DNA of 63,584 bases, counting the filler, from Candidatus Woesearchaeota archaeon (GTDB lineage: Archaea; Nanobdellota; Nanobdellia; Woesearchaeales; CAZJJJ01), in assembly GCA_046538795.1 (NCBI GenBank). It is 6 parts of 6 records of this genome, joined end to end, with 100 filler letters (N's around TTAATTAATTAA, not from the genome) between each part and the next. Parts side by side here need not be neighbours in the genome. Positions count along the whole stretch, not along the records: positions 44,405 to 54,430 come from JBKHIF010000051.1; positions 54,531 to 63,584 come from JBKHIF010000055.1; 4 more parts are not named here. One strand, 5' to 3'. Of the stretch, positions 45,124-55,928 are shown one piece after another. The translations under genes and the position numbers were made by a program. The notes under the pieces were generated by a model. That model was not told where the DNA came from. It was given only the letters and a program-made list of their open reading frames with translations, and ran no database searches. Numbering within the stretch: the stretch's first letter is position 1; every line of letters starts with the position of its first letter.

Positions 45124-47319
45124 CTAAAACATCTCCAACTGTTTACCTGGTTTTTTTCTTCTTGCGCCCTTGATCTTTCCAGCCATTTCATAGATCGTTC
45201 TTTTTGGTTCGACTTTCAATATGTCTGGAGAACCCAAATAGATCATATTCGTACCATCAGTATTTATCCTTTTATCAAGGAAAATAACAGAACCATAATT
45301 GCCTAAATATCTTGCATCCTGAGAATCAATATGATCCTTCAATCCATTTAGATTCTGTCGTAGATTTTCTCCCATAACCTCGATCCTGAAACCGTAAGAA
45401 TTCTTTGAATTCATGTAATGTTCTTTAAGCTCGACAAAATCAGATAAGAGATCAACAAATTCTGCATAATCATCATTATCTGAAGAGACAATCCTTGATT
45501 TTCTCTTTATCTTCCTGAAATCATCAAAATCAACCCTTAACCCATACCGATTAAGATTAAGATTGTGGTTTTTTCTTAATCTTGAATGATCCCACCTTCC
45601 TAAATATCGCGCTGCAGAGTTAAGGATGCGACCCATCTCTTTTTTAGGAAGATTCTTATCTTTAATCTTTGAAGAAAGATCATCTGCTCTTCTTTTGTAA
45701 TTATAATAATCAACTACAACAGGCTTAATAAGAGCATTGATTACTCCGTCAATATGCATCTTTCTTAGGGCATTATGCCTGTAATCTTCACAATTTATTG
45801 AATCGCGAAAATCATAAAGCTCAGATATTTTTGGATCTATTGCAGTCATTATATCCCTGAAAGCGTCTGAATAGGAAACAAAATATGCAAAACTATCTTC
45901 ATAAACACCAACTCTTGGAGAACCCATCTCTGAAAAAACATCATTAGAAATTTCTTTCTTGAAATCAAGCTTTGCATTCTCTTCATACCTATAACGTTTC
46001 CAGAATGTCTCTTTACCCTTGATTCTTTCTTCAAGCTTTGGCTCTTTTATTATCCTGCTCATACCTACCTTTTCAATAAAAAGATGATCCCAGTATTCTT
46101 TTATCCAGCTTCGTCTCATCACAGCATCAAGCCCTCTTCCAGACCACTTTGAAAGAAAACAAAGATCTTCTCCAAACCCTATGTCTATCAAAGACTTAAG
46201 AGAAGTTACATCCATGACCTGATACTGGGCGACAAGCCGTGCCAGATCCTGATTATTTTCAGGATCATTTATAAGCTTAAGTTCTATCTCTTCAAGTTCA
46301 TCATATGAGACATCCATCTTTTTCTCATCACCAGAAAGAGCATAAGAAGTAAATGCCTTAAGCCCTTTTGATCCTAAGAAACTTACTGCATATTCTGCAA
46401 TTCTTACTGTATCTATTAGAAGCCTTCTGTGCATCTTTACTGATTTTGGAAAATCAAGACCTGATGATATCCAGTACTTTCTCTTAAAACCATCCCCGCC
46501 CACTGGAAAATCATTAGTATCTCTTAATTCATAAAGATCATGAGGAATGTTTGATGCAACAAGAACCCACGGATCTTCTTTTAATATTTTTTCAGAAACA
46601 TTATCTGCCATTAGCTTTTCATCATCATGGACATTTACTGAAAAACCCTTTACAGATTCATCCCTGAAATCTCTTACTGTGTGATATTCACCAAAAGAAT
46701 CAGAACCAGAATCAAACATTATTCCTAAATGAGAGGTACTTTTCTCAGGTCTTTTGAAAAGAGGCTGTTCTGTGTCAAAATAAGCTATCCCCTCTTTTAA
46801 CACATAATCCCAATCAACAAAACCTTTATGCTCTGGATTGAAATCATCCATCTTTACAGGAACTATTTCATCCTTTATGGAATCATAAAATTCATCATCA
46901 AAAGAAAGAATCTCACCAACATTTGCAATATGCTTAAACTGTGGCCAAAAATATGGATTGAAATAAGGTATCTTTTTCTTTCTCTTTTTTCCTTTCCTGG
47001 TATACTGCACATCTCCATACTTATCTTTTAATGTGCCATAAGAAAAATAATTGTCACGCAAATATTTCCACTTCTCAGCAGGAAGAAGTAATGCAAATAT
47101 ATTATCCTGGCCAGGAAGTATCTTTAGATTTTTATGCAAGAGATTCCTGTCACTGAAAATTTTATCTAAAACATCATGAGCCTTTTTGTATGAATTTGGT
47201 ATCGAAAAGAACCAGTTGTGATAATCTTCTAATAAAACTCCTCCCATGCCTCTGAAAGTAACACACACCTTCTCATCTTCATTTCTAAATACACAATCGA
47301 CAACTGCATCAAGCACCAT
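45124..47319 (-). CDS. Family-B-polymerase-derived protein: DEDDy-like 3'-5' exonuclease domain plus degenerate polymerase region
   Basis: ExoI IAYFDTEQP, ExoII-like LVASNIPHDL, LLIDTVRIA, ExoIII-like YQVMDV; polymerase motifs eroded (PRVGVYEDSFAYFVSY; YLGNYGSVIF). Confidence 0.62.
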   Translation of the reverse strand: MVLDAVVDCVFRNEDEKVCVTFRGMGGVLLEDYHNWFFSIPNSYKKAHDVLDKIFSDRNLLHKNLKILPGQDNIFALLLPAEKWKYLRDNYFSYGTLKDKYGDVQYTRKGKKRKKKIPYFNPYFWPQFKHIANVGEILSFDDEFYDSIKDEIVPVKMDDFNPEHKGFVDWDYVLKEGIAYFDTEQPLFKRPEKSTSHLGIMFDSGSDSFGEYHTVRDFRDESVKGFSVNVHDDEKLMADNVSEKILKEDPWVLVASNIPHDLYELRDTNDFPVGGDGFKRKYWISSGLDFPKSVKMHRRLLIDTVRIAEYAVSFLGSKGLKAFTSYALSGDEKKMDVSYDELEEIELKLINDPENNQDLARLVAQYQVMDVTSLKSLIDIGFGEDLCFLSKWSGRGLDAVMRRSWIKEYWDHLFIEKVGMSRIIKEPKLEERIKGKETFWKRYRYEENAKLDFKKEISNDVFSEMGSPRVGVYEDSFAYFVSYSDAFRDIMTAIDPKISELYDFRDSINCEDYRHNALRKMHIDGVINALIKPVVVDYYNYKRRADDLSSKIKDKNLPKKEMGRILNSAARYLGRWDHSRLRKNHNLNLNRYGLRVDFDDFRKIKRKSRIVSSDNDDYAEFVDLLSDFVELKEHYMNSKNSYGFRIEVMGENLRQNLNGLKDHIDSQDARYLGNYGSVIFLDKRINTDGTNMIYLGSPDILKVEPKRTIYEMAGKIKGARRKKPGKQLEMF

Positions 47320-47368
47320 GATAAACAGAAATAAACCTTAATTAAAAAATATTACTACAAAAAAGTAA

Positions 47369-48052
47369 TCAATCAAGCAAGGTTTTCAATATGTGGAAAG
47401 AATTATCAGCAGCAACAGCCAAAAACGCAGTGAAATCAGCAGCAGCAGAACCATCAGCCTTATCTGAAATAGTTCTTACAACAACATAAGGAATCTTATT
47501 TATCGTGCAGACCATTGCAACAGATGCTCCTTCCATCTCAACAGCATCTCCTTTAAGTTCATCAGTAAGATAAGAATGAGAATTTATGTCTTTACGTGTC
47601 ATGAACTGATCTCCTGTAAGTATCCGTCCTAAAACAATCTTATGTTTCTCAAGTTTACATGAAAGACCCTTTTTTATCAGATCAAAATCAGCAGGGAACT
47701 CCTTGTAATCAGTGTAAAGAATTGCGCCGCGAGGATAACCAAGAGCAGTAACATCAAAATCATGCTGGATACAGTCTCTTGAAACAACAACATCACCAAG
47801 ATCAAGTTCTTTATTAAGAGCTCCTGCAACACCTGTAAATATGATCTCTTTTGGCTTGAATTCAGTGATAAGCTTTTGCGTAACCATTGCAGCCATCACC
47901 TTTCCAACTCCTGATTTGACCATCACAACCTCTTTACCAAAAAGTTTCGCATGATAAAATACAAATTTGTTCCATTCAATATCCTTGATCTTTTCAGAGT
48001 GCTCAATAAACTTATTTATCTCTTCATCCATAGCGCCAATTATTCCTATCAT
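47369..48052 (-). CDS. mtnN: 5'-methylthioadenosine/S-adenosylhomocysteine nucleosidase
   Basis: IGIIGAMDEE, SGVGKVMAA, FTGVAG, TGDQF, AVEMEGASVA, RTISDKAD. Confidence 0.95.
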   Translation of the reverse strand: MIGIIGAMDEEINKFIEHSEKIKDIEWNKFVFYHAKLFGKEVVMVKSGVGKVMAAMVTQKLITEFKPKEIIFTGVAGALNKELDLGDVVVSRDCIQHDFDVTALGYPRGAILYTDYKEFPADFDLIKKGLSCKLEKHKIVLGRILTGDQFMTRKDINSHSYLTDELKGDAVEMEGASVAMVCTINKIPYVVVRTISDKADGSAAADFTAFLAVAADNSFHILKTLLD

Positions 48053-48104
48053 AAAAAACAAGAACTAAATAAAATTTATATAATTAACCATATAATTAAG
48101 ATCA

Positions 48105-48443
48105 ATGGAAAACACAATTACCTGGGATGATTTTGCAAAAGTAGATATCCATGCAGGAACAATACTTGAAGCACAAGATTTTCCTAAAGCACGAAACCCT
48201 GCATACAAATTAAAGATTGATTTTGGATCTTTGGGAATAAAACAATCAAGCGCTCAGATAACAAAACTCTACAAAAAAGAAGATCTGATCGGAAAACAGA
48301 TAGTTGCAGTAACTAATTTTCCAAAAAAACAGATCGCTGATTTCATGTCAGAATGCCTTGTTCTTGGAATTGTACAGGATAATAAAGAAGTAATCCTCCT
48401 GCAACCTGAAAGAAAAGTTGAAAACGGAAAAAGAATAGCATAA
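48105..48443 (+). CDS. csaA: CsaA/Trbp111 tRNA-binding OB-fold chaperone
   Basis: ITWDDFAKVDIHAGTI, PAYKLKIDFG, KQSSAQIT, NFPKKQIADFMSECLVLG. Confidence 0.92.
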   Translation: MENTITWDDFAKVDIHAGTILEAQDFPKARNPAYKLKIDFGSLGIKQSSAQITKLYKKEDLIGKQIVAVTNFPKKQIADFMSECLVLGIVQDNKEVILLQPERKVENGKRIA

Positions 48444-48506
48444 AACACACGTCACATAAAGGTAGTAAACAATGTATTTAAATAACAATATCAAAAAATA
48501 CATTAC

Positions 48507-50201
48507 ATGGAATATTATCTAAAAAACGATCCTAAAGAAAGAAAAATTGCATACTTTTCGCTTGAAATTGGACTTTCACCTGAAGTTCCCACATACTCAG
48601 GAGGACTTGGCATACTTGCAGGCGACACTATAAAATCATTTGCAGATCTTAATCTTCCCTGTGTTGCAGTAACCCTTCTTTATGAAAAAGGATATTTCCA
48701 TCAGGAAATTGATGAACAGGGAAATCAGAAAGAAGTTCCTGTAAACTGGGATAAGTCAAAACACATGAGGCTTCTTCCAAACAAAGTGAACGTAAGGCTT
48801 GAAGGACGCGACATAATGCTTCAGGCCTGGGTATATGAGGTCAAAGGAATAAAAGGAAGCATAGTTCCTGTAATATTTCTTGACTCAAATATAGAAGCAA
48901 ACAATGAAGGGGACCGCTCATTGACAAGCTATCTTTACGGCGGAGACAGAAGATATAGGCTTATGCAGGAAGCACTTTTAGGAATAGGCGGACCAAGGAT
49001 GCTCAGAAGCATAGGACATGACAATCTGGTAAAATTTCACATGAACGAAGGACATGCCGCTCTTCTTACCCTTGAACTGATGAACAGGTTCAAAAATGAC
49101 CTTGAAGAAGTAAGAGAAGCATGCGTATTTACAACACACACTCCTGTTCCGGCAGGTCATGATTCTTTTGAGATCGACCTTGCAAGATCAGTATTAAGAG
49201 ATTTCTGTAATGTTGATGATCTTAATCATGACAATATCATAGATCATGAAAATAAGTTTAACATGACTTATCTTGCTCTTCATCATGCAAATTATGTAAA
49301 TGGTGTTGCAAAAAAGCATGGTGAAGTATCAAGAAAAATGTTCCCTGGTTATTCTATTGAATCAATTACAAACGGAGTTCATGCAGGAACATGGGTCTCA
49401 GAACCTTTTGCAAAATTATTTGACAATTATATTAAAGCCTGGAAAACAGACAATTATAATCTAAGATATGCATTAAATATGCCTTCAGATAAAATATGGG
49501 AAACTCATCAAGCTGCAAAAAAACGCCTGATAGAATTTGTAAACCAAAGAAAAGGAACTAAATTCAAAGAAGACATATTAACTATAGGATTTGCAAGACG
49601 CGCTGCAACATACAAGCGTGCAGATTTAATCTTCAGAGACATAAAACGCCTATTAAAAATCCATGAGAAAGCAGGAAAATTCCATATCATATTTGCAGGA
49701 AAAGCGCACCCGGCTGACGGCGGCGGAAAAGACCTTATAAAAAAGATTCACGAAGACATTAAAGAACTCAAAGGAAAAATAGAAATTGTCTATCTTGAAA
49801 ATTACGAGATGTTTTTAGGAGGACTTCTTACATCAGGAGTTGATGTCTGGCTTAATAATCCTATGAGACCAAGAGAAGCCTCAGGAACATCAGGAATGAA
49901 AGCAGCAATGAACGGTGTTCCAAGTTTTTCAGTTCTTGACGGCTGGTGGCTTGAAGGTCATGTTGAAGAGATGACCGGATGGAGCATAGGTCCACGCCCA
50001 ACAGATGTTGAAGCAGAAGTAGATGAATCAAAAGATATCGAAGACCTTTACGAAAAACTCGAGAAAAAGATAATACCATGCTATTACAGGAATCCTGACA
50101 AATGGAAACAGATAATGAAATATTCTATTGCTTTTAACGGATCTTTCTTCAATACTCAAAGAATGGTAAGCCAATATGTGATGAATGCTTATTTCAAGTG
50201 A
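48507..50201 (+). CDS. glgP: Alpha-glucan (glycogen/maltodextrin) phosphorylase, short form
   Basis: YSGGLGILAGD, HMNEGH, FTTHTPVPAGHD, GFARRAATYKR, PLP site EASGTSGMK. Confidence 0.95.
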   Translation: MEYYLKNDPKERKIAYFSLEIGLSPEVPTYSGGLGILAGDTIKSFADLNLPCVAVTLLYEKGYFHQEIDEQGNQKEVPVNWDKSKHMRLLPNKVNVRLEGRDIMLQAWVYEVKGIKGSIVPVIFLDSNIEANNEGDRSLTSYLYGGDRRYRLMQEALLGIGGPRMLRSIGHDNLVKFHMNEGHAALLTLELMNRFKNDLEEVREACVFTTHTPVPAGHDSFEIDLARSVLRDFCNVDDLNHDNIIDHENKFNMTYLALHHANYVNGVAKKHGEVSRKMFPGYSIESITNGVHAGTWVSEPFAKLFDNYIKAWKTDNYNLRYALNMPSDKIWETHQAAKKRLIEFVNQRKGTKFKEDILTIGFARRAATYKRADLIFRDIKRLLKIHEKAGKFHIIFAGKAHPADGGGKDLIKKIHEDIKELKGKIEIVYLENYEMFLGGLLTSGVDVWLNNPMRPREASGTSGMKAAMNGVPSFSVLDGWWLEGHVEEMTGWSIGPRPTDVEAEVDESKDIEDLYEKLEKKIIPCYYRNPDKWKQIMKYSIAFNGSFFNTQRMVSQYVMNAYFK

Positions 50202-50210
50202 TTTATAATA

Positions 50211-51806
50211 CTACCAAGTGACCATCTTGTGAGCTTTTCTGTAGTTTTTGAAAACCTTTCCTACAACAAGTGAGGAATCTTTTGCTGCCTTTTCCTTTTC
50301 CTGATTTTCCTTATACTGCTGACGATAAGGAGTTTTCTTGCCTCTTTCAAAACTAAATGGTATCAAGGCTCCAAACATCTCCTTAAAACCTCCAAATACA
50401 CTTCCAAATGGCTCATATATTGTTGAAGAATCCGCCTTTTTCTTGTTTTTCTTTGCTTCTTCTTCTTTGATCTCCTTTTCAGCCTGGTTTGAAAGCTCAT
50501 CTTCATTAAGGACAGTAATCTCCATCTCTTCAAGGTATCTCATGAGATCATCTCCAAGCTCTTCCATCGCAGCCTTTAATCCGCCGTCGATCTCTTTCAG
50601 AAATTCAAAATCCTCTTCATCTCTCATCTTCTTGTAATTTTCTATCTGCTCTTCAGTCCAGGCATAGCTTCTCATTGTAACATAAACCTCTCCTGCGTGA
50701 GAAGGACCTCTGTGCTGATAGCTTGGGTCAGTCATCGCAAGTTCAGGTTTTGTAGTGAAATAAAAATTCATCAAAGCAACTGGCTTATACTTTTCATAGC
50801 TCATTTTTGTAGCAAGAAACTCAACTTCCATAATAGATGTCTCAAATGAATTAACCATCTCAGGCCTTGAATTAAAATCCGCATTCTGCTGAAGATGCTT
50901 AAGCTGTTTAAGATAAGGCTTTATCCATCCCATGTACATCTTTATGGAATTAAAATGCTGTCTTAGGTACCTTACTATAAATCGCCTTCTGGTATGGACC
51001 TCTTTTTCAGATTCCTCCCTCCATCTTGTGTACTGGAATAATTTTCTTTTAAGGATATTTCTTACTTCCTTGTTAAAATTCTTGCAATCCTTTTCAACAA
51101 CCTCATCAACCTCATCAGAACTTTTCACAAAGGTATTGAAAAAAAGATCAGGAAGTATTGCAAACCCTACCTTTTGCGAAAGACCATATACACTTCCTGC
51201 ATTTTCAGTTCCACCCTCTACCAGATCAATCCATGTGCCTTTAAGCGTAACATCAGCAGCCTTATCACCATTTTTCATCCTCTGATACCATCCCATTCTC
51301 TCATCCCATATGTGAAGTTCGTGTATCTGAGGAAACATATCTTTTACTAATGCGCCTATTGTCTGAAGTGTGTTTGAAACTCTATCCTGAAGAATACTTA
51401 ATCTTTGAGAACCAGAACCAAAAAATGATGACTGTGATGAACCTGCAAAACTATCTGTTATCTTAAAGACCTGATTAAAACCCCATGATTCAGTAACATG
51501 ACCAAGCATCCAGAAATATGCATTCTCAAGAATACCCTTATTAGGATCCTGTATTCCAAGAACATGCCTTTTATTAGGCTTTGGATAACTCGTAGATCCT
51601 TTCTCGTTCTTAGTTATCTCTGCAACTTCCATGTCTGCGTGCTTAAGGCAAAGATCATCGCTTATCTTCTTGAATTTGACCATCTTTTTCTTAGGGTCTT
51701 TTTCATCATAATAATCCTGAAAAGGAGTCTTGTCTTTCACAAAACCATACTTAACAAGAAGCCTTGCAGCCCTTTTCTTGTCAAAATCAGAATTTAAATA
51801 CATCAT
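50211..51806 (-). CDS. Conserved hypothetical protein
   Basis: 531-aa ORF with conserved-looking blocks (LKGTWIDLVEGG, GFAILPDLFF, KMYMGWIKPYL); no family recognised. Confidence 0.8.
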   Translation of the reverse strand: MMYLNSDFDKKRAARLLVKYGFVKDKTPFQDYYDEKDPKKKMVKFKKISDDLCLKHADMEVAEITKNEKGSTSYPKPNKRHVLGIQDPNKGILENAYFWMLGHVTESWGFNQVFKITDSFAGSSQSSFFGSGSQRLSILQDRVSNTLQTIGALVKDMFPQIHELHIWDERMGWYQRMKNGDKAADVTLKGTWIDLVEGGTENAGSVYGLSQKVGFAILPDLFFNTFVKSSDEVDEVVEKDCKNFNKEVRNILKRKLFQYTRWREESEKEVHTRRRFIVRYLRQHFNSIKMYMGWIKPYLKQLKHLQQNADFNSRPEMVNSFETSIMEVEFLATKMSYEKYKPVALMNFYFTTKPELAMTDPSYQHRGPSHAGEVYVTMRSYAWTEEQIENYKKMRDEEDFEFLKEIDGGLKAAMEELGDDLMRYLEEMEITVLNEDELSNQAEKEIKEEEAKKNKKKADSSTIYEPFGSVFGGFKEMFGALIPFSFERGKKTPYRQQYKENQEKEKAAKDSSLVVGKVFKNYRKAHKMVTW

Positions 51807-51869
51807 CTTGCATCAATCACAAAATCTATTCAGAAAAACAAGTATATAAACGTTATGTCTTATCAGAAT

Positions 51870-52163
51870 CTAATGGTGATCTTTTAGAAGTGCTTTGGGC
51901 TTTCTGTAAACAGTTATTACATAGCCTTTCTGGCTTACAAGATCAGAACCAGTCTTTTTTGTGATTGTTTCAATAGTCTCCCCTATTCCGGTAATATCTG
52001 TGTATGACCTAAGAAGCTTGATCTTTACAAGACCTCTTTTAGAAAGCATCTTATCAATTTCAGATATAACATTATCATTGATTCCGTTCTTTCCAAGCCG
52101 TATCAGAGGGCTTAGTGAAACAGACCTTTTTTTTAGTTCATTAAGTGTCTTTCCTGAAAGCAT
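51870..52163 (-). CDS. yhbY: YhbY/CRM-domain RNA-binding protein
   Basis: LSPLIRLGKNGIND...GLVKIKLL...KGYVITVYR. Confidence 0.9.
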   Translation of the reverse strand: MLSGKTLNELKKRSVSLSPLIRLGKNGINDNVISEIDKMLSKRGLVKIKLLRSYTDITGIGETIETITKKTGSDLVSQKGYVITVYRKPKALLKDHH

Positions 52164-52212
52164 AGCTAACTAAAATGATAACTATATTTTAAATCTTAGG
52201 GTTTAAGAAAAA

Positions 52213-54003
52213 TCAAATGCTGTGATAATACTTATGATGTCCGGAAATTCGTCTTTTATTTAGTTCTTTAATGTGCTTTTCCTTAATGTTTTTGATCTTT
52301 CTCGTAATTATTGAAGAGGCATTCCTTGTAGCATCCTCAAGCATAAGCGAGACGTGATCTCCTCCTAGGAAATGAGGAAGTATAACATAATCTGCGCCTT
52401 CATCATAAAGCTTTAGAGCATCATCAACATGCTGTGCAGTTACAAATACTATTATTCTTTTATTTTCAGCTCTCGCCCGCCTTATAAGTCTCATGCTGCT
52501 TTTTTCACCAGGTGTTGTGCATATAACGAATTTTGCCTTTGAAAAATCTATTCGTTCAAGAACATCAGGATCAGAAATATCTCCGTATATCGAATGCACT
52601 CTTTGTTCTGCAAGTTTTTTTATAACTTCCGGATTGTAATCAATCACAAGAAAACTCTTGTTAACTTTCTTAAGCTTGTTAAAAACACTGTATCCTATCC
52701 TGTCATAACCGATAAGTATGACCTCATACTCATCTTCTTTTTCAGGCACATATTCAATCTGCTCTGCATAGCTTGGTATTTTGTCAATCCATCTGAAATA
52801 CCCTGAAATTTTGCTGTAGAGATTGTCAAGCTTATCTGAATAAGATGTAATTGCTATTGAAACAACTGCGAGAACTACAGTTAGTGAAAATATGTCTGAT
52901 GGAATTTGCCCCAGGCTCATCCCCTGCATGACTATTATCATGGAAAACTCGCTTACCTGAGAAAGATATGCTCCTGTAAAAAATGAAGTCCTTTTCTTGT
53001 AACCAAAAAAAGAACTTATGGCAATTATAATTAAGGGCTTAATTAGAATGACAACAACAAGAAATATTAAAAGCGGGAAGATCATTCTTCCAAGAGCTGA
53101 CACATTTAATTCTATACCAAGTGAGACAAAAAAAAGTATTGCAAAAAAATCCTTAAGGGGTGTTATCTTTCCCTCGATTTCATATTTATAAGGCAATTGT
53201 GCAAGACTCAATCCTGCGATAAATGCTCCTATTGCAATCGAAAAACCAGGGATGAGGATCTGTGCGATATCAGGAGGAACATTGATGAAAAGAGACAGAT
53301 CGATAAGAAGAAACTCTCCAATCTTGTTAAACATTATCGAGAACAGGAAACAAACAGAAAGAGCCATGATAAAAAGAAGCTCCTGTGATTTTGCTGCAAC
53401 CCGAAAGATGAACGGGAATACATAAAGAGTAAGCATAACAACGACAAGCGCAAGAAGAACTCCTTTCAGGATAGATATGAAAAACAAAAGGATACTGAAA
53501 TTATCAAGGCTTGTCATGACAGAAAGCGCAAGTATTGCAAATATATCCTGCATAAGAAGCATTCCTATTATTATTCTTCCATGCAGTGTAGTTAGTTCTT
53601 TTTTGTCTGAAAGTATCTTTATTACGACCATTGTAGATGAGAATGCCAAAACCAGGCCAATATAAAAAGAAGATATCATATCAAAACCCAAAAGAAGACT
53701 AAGACCAAGACCTGCACCTCCTACAAGAACTACCTGGATTGCAGTTCCAAGTGTAGCAACACCTGCAACATCCTTTAGTTTAGATATATCAATCTCAAGC
53801 CCCACCATAAAAAGAAGAAAGGCAATCCCGATCTCTGAAAGTGATACTATAAGATCTCTATTGGTGACTATTGAAAAAATAGGACCCAGCAAAAGCCCTG
53901 TAAGTATGTAAGCAGGAACCATAGGCTGTTTCAGAAGTTTTGTGAAATACGCAATAACAGATGCTGCGATTATAAGTATGCCAAGCTCAAAAAATATCTC
54001 CAT
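52213..54003 (-). CDS. CPA2 cation:proton antiporter with TrkA-N/KTN domain (Kef-like)
   Basis: Many TM helices, FLLFMVGLE, FSSTMVVIKIL, LLMQD, LSQVSEFS; C-terminal IGYDRIG...YGDISD. Confidence 0.92.
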   Translation of the reverse strand: MEIFFELGILIIAASVIAYFTKLLKQPMVPAYILTGLLLGPIFSIVTNRDLIVSLSEIGIAFLLFMVGLEIDISKLKDVAGVATLGTAIQVVLVGGAGLGLSLLLGFDMISSFYIGLVLAFSSTMVVIKILSDKKELTTLHGRIIIGMLLMQDIFAILALSVMTSLDNFSILLFFISILKGVLLALVVVMLTLYVFPFIFRVAAKSQELLFIMALSVCFLFSIMFNKIGEFLLIDLSLFINVPPDIAQILIPGFSIAIGAFIAGLSLAQLPYKYEIEGKITPLKDFFAILFFVSLGIELNVSALGRMIFPLLIFLVVVILIKPLIIIAISSFFGYKKRTSFFTGAYLSQVSEFSMIIVMQGMSLGQIPSDIFSLTVVLAVVSIAITSYSDKLDNLYSKISGYFRWIDKIPSYAEQIEYVPEKEDEYEVILIGYDRIGYSVFNKLKKVNKSFLVIDYNPEVIKKLAEQRVHSIYGDISDPDVLERIDFSKAKFVICTTPGEKSSMRLIRRARAENKRIIVFVTAQHVDDALKLYDEGADYVILPHFLGGDHVSLMLEDATRNASSIITRKIKNIKEKHIKELNKRRISGHHKYYHSI

Positions 54004-54041
54004 GAGACTGTTTTGCGTGATTTTGATTTATAAGATTTTCT

Positions 54042-54332
54042 CTAATCCCAGACCATAAGGCTCTCATCAACACAAGGAAGCTTATACCATTCATCTATGA
54101 TCTCATTATGCTCTTCAATCATAGAATTACATTCCAGAGAATTATATTCTTCTTTGGTTATATTCTCATCATAGCATCCTATATTGTATATCTCTTTCTC
54201 AGACTGCCTGGTCTGATAACTGTAATAGTAAGATCTAAGCTTGCATTGATTAAGAAAGATCACAAGAGCAAGCACCAAAACCAAAAAAGAATAAAATATG
54301 ATCATCCTGAGCACTTTTTTTGATAAAGTCAT
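54042..54332 (-). CDS. Small membrane-anchored hypothetical protein
   Basis: TM helix followed by a Cys-containing domain; likely start is the ATG at 54332. Confidence 0.55.
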   Translation of the reverse strand: MTLSKKVLRMIIFYSFLVLVLALVIFLNQCKLRSYYYSYQTRQSEKEIYNIGCYDENITKEEYNSLECNSMIEEHNEIIDEWYKLPCVDESLMVWD

Positions 54333-54430
54333 AAAACTGATAAATAATTCAGGATTTATAAAATCTGCGGTCAGAACAGTATCTCCGATACGAGAATAAA
54401 AAATCAGTTCTCTGTTGAACAACACTAGAG

Positions 54431-54530
54431 NNNNNNNNNNNNNNNNNNNNNNNNNNNNNNNNNNNNNNNNNNNNTTAATTAATTAANNNNNNNNNNNNNN
54501 NNNNNNNNNNNNNNNNNNNNNNNNNNNNNN
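54431..54530. other. Artificial contig linker
   Basis: N-run + TTAATTAATTAA + N-run. Confidence 0.98.
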
Positions 54531-54532
54531 CA

Positions 54533-55141
54533 AACATGGCTGAATTCATATTATCTCTTCATAAAGATGCAAAAGCAAAGACACAGAAGGTTGTGTTTGA
54601 TACTGATTTCTTAAGAAAATATATTTCATATGCTAAAAAAACAATGAAACCTGAACTTACACGTGATGCAATCGATGAGATAAAAAAATACTATGTAAAG
54701 ATGAGGGGTTCAGGCGGAGATGAAGATGGCGTAAAAGCAATTCCAATTTCTGCAAGACAACTTGAGGCTCTGATAAGGTTAAGTGAAGCATCTGCAAAGC
54801 TCAGGTTCAGTAAATATGTAGAAACAAATGATGCTAAGCGAGCTATAGATCTTGTTCACAACTGTCTAAGCCAGGTTGGAATGGATCCTAAGACAGGAAA
54901 AATAGATATTGACAGAATATCGACAGGAATTACTGCTTCTCAGAGGGGAAATATCTCAAACATAAAAAATATAATAAATGAGCTTGAGAAAAGTGTAGGA
55001 AAAACAATACCTGTTGAAGATATTGTTGAGATGGCAAAACAAAAAGGCATAGAAGAAAGCACTGTTACAGAAGCTGTTGAAAAACTCAAAAGAAGCGGAG
55101 ATATTTTTGAACCAAGAAGAGGATTCATAAGTAAATTATAA
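54533..55141 (+). CDS. mcm: MCM replicative helicase, C-terminal part (5'-truncated)
   Basis: LRKYISYAK, ISARQLEALIRLSEASAKLR (sensor 2), C-terminal wHTH GDIFEPRRG. Confidence 0.95.
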   Translation, partial: NMAEFILSLHKDAKAKTQKVVFDTDFLRKYISYAKKTMKPELTRDAIDEIKKYYVKMRGSGGDEDGVKAIPISARQLEALIRLSEASAKLRFSKYVETNDAKRAIDLVHNCLSQVGMDPKTGKIDIDRISTGITASQRGNISNIKNIINELEKSVGKTIPVEDIVEMAKQKGIEESTVTEAVEKLKRSGDIFEPRRGFISKL

Positions 55142-55199
55142 TTTCAAAGCAGTCATTTCTTTTCAATAAGATTTAAATAAACCTTTCATATACTTTCTT

Positions 55200-55928
55200 A
55201 TGGGGATGGATACTGAAAATATTTCTCAGAATAGTGAAATTAATACAAGAGAAAAAAGGCCTAACAACCGGCAATCTTACAAGAGAGCGACTGCTGTAAA
55301 GATAGATATAGAATCACTCAAAAAAGGGATTTTTGTAAATAAGGATGGATTTGAGCCTAGCTATATAGATACAGAATATGGAGAGATATCAAGAGTAAAC
55401 ATAATTGGCGTGATCATTGCAAAATCAGTTTCAGACGGATACATGGAAATTGATGATTCTACAGCAAAGATACAGCTAAGAACCGGATCAATAGATTATT
55501 CTAATATCACAAATTTTGATAATTATCAATTAGGGCAAGTTGTAAATGTTATAGGTAAAGTAAGAATATTTGGATCTGATATATATCTCATACCAGAGAT
55601 ATTAAGACCTATAAAAAATCTTAAATGGGTAGAATTAAGAAAACTGGAGATAAAAAGCCTAAAAAAAGTAAAATCACTTTCTGATATAAAAGATACACAA
55701 AAAAAAGAGACCATAACAAAACAGGATATTGAAGATAAAAAAGAAGAAAATAATCAAACAGAAATCGTTCTTGATAAATTAAAATCATTAGATATGGGAG
55801 ATGGTGTTGACATAGAATCACTTAGCGATGAACTAAAGATAAATAACAGCAAATCCATAATAAACAAGCTTCTTGAGCAAGGTGAAATTTTTGAAATCAG
55901 GCCGGGAAGAGTAAAGGTTCTTGAATGA
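55200..55928 (+). CDS. RPA32-like OB-fold ssDNA-binding protein with C-terminal winged helix
   Basis: SRVNIIGVI, IDDSTAKI, VIGKVR, PEILR; C-terminal GEIFEIRPG. Confidence 0.82.
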   Translation: MGMDTENISQNSEINTREKRPNNRQSYKRATAVKIDIESLKKGIFVNKDGFEPSYIDTEYGEISRVNIIGVIIAKSVSDGYMEIDDSTAKIQLRTGSIDYSNITNFDNYQLGQVVNVIGKVRIFGSDIYLIPEILRPIKNLKWVELRKLEIKSLKKVKSLSDIKDTQKKETITKQDIEDKKEENNQTEIVLDKLKSLDMGDGVDIESLSDELKINNSKSIINKLLEQGEIFEIRPGRVKVLE

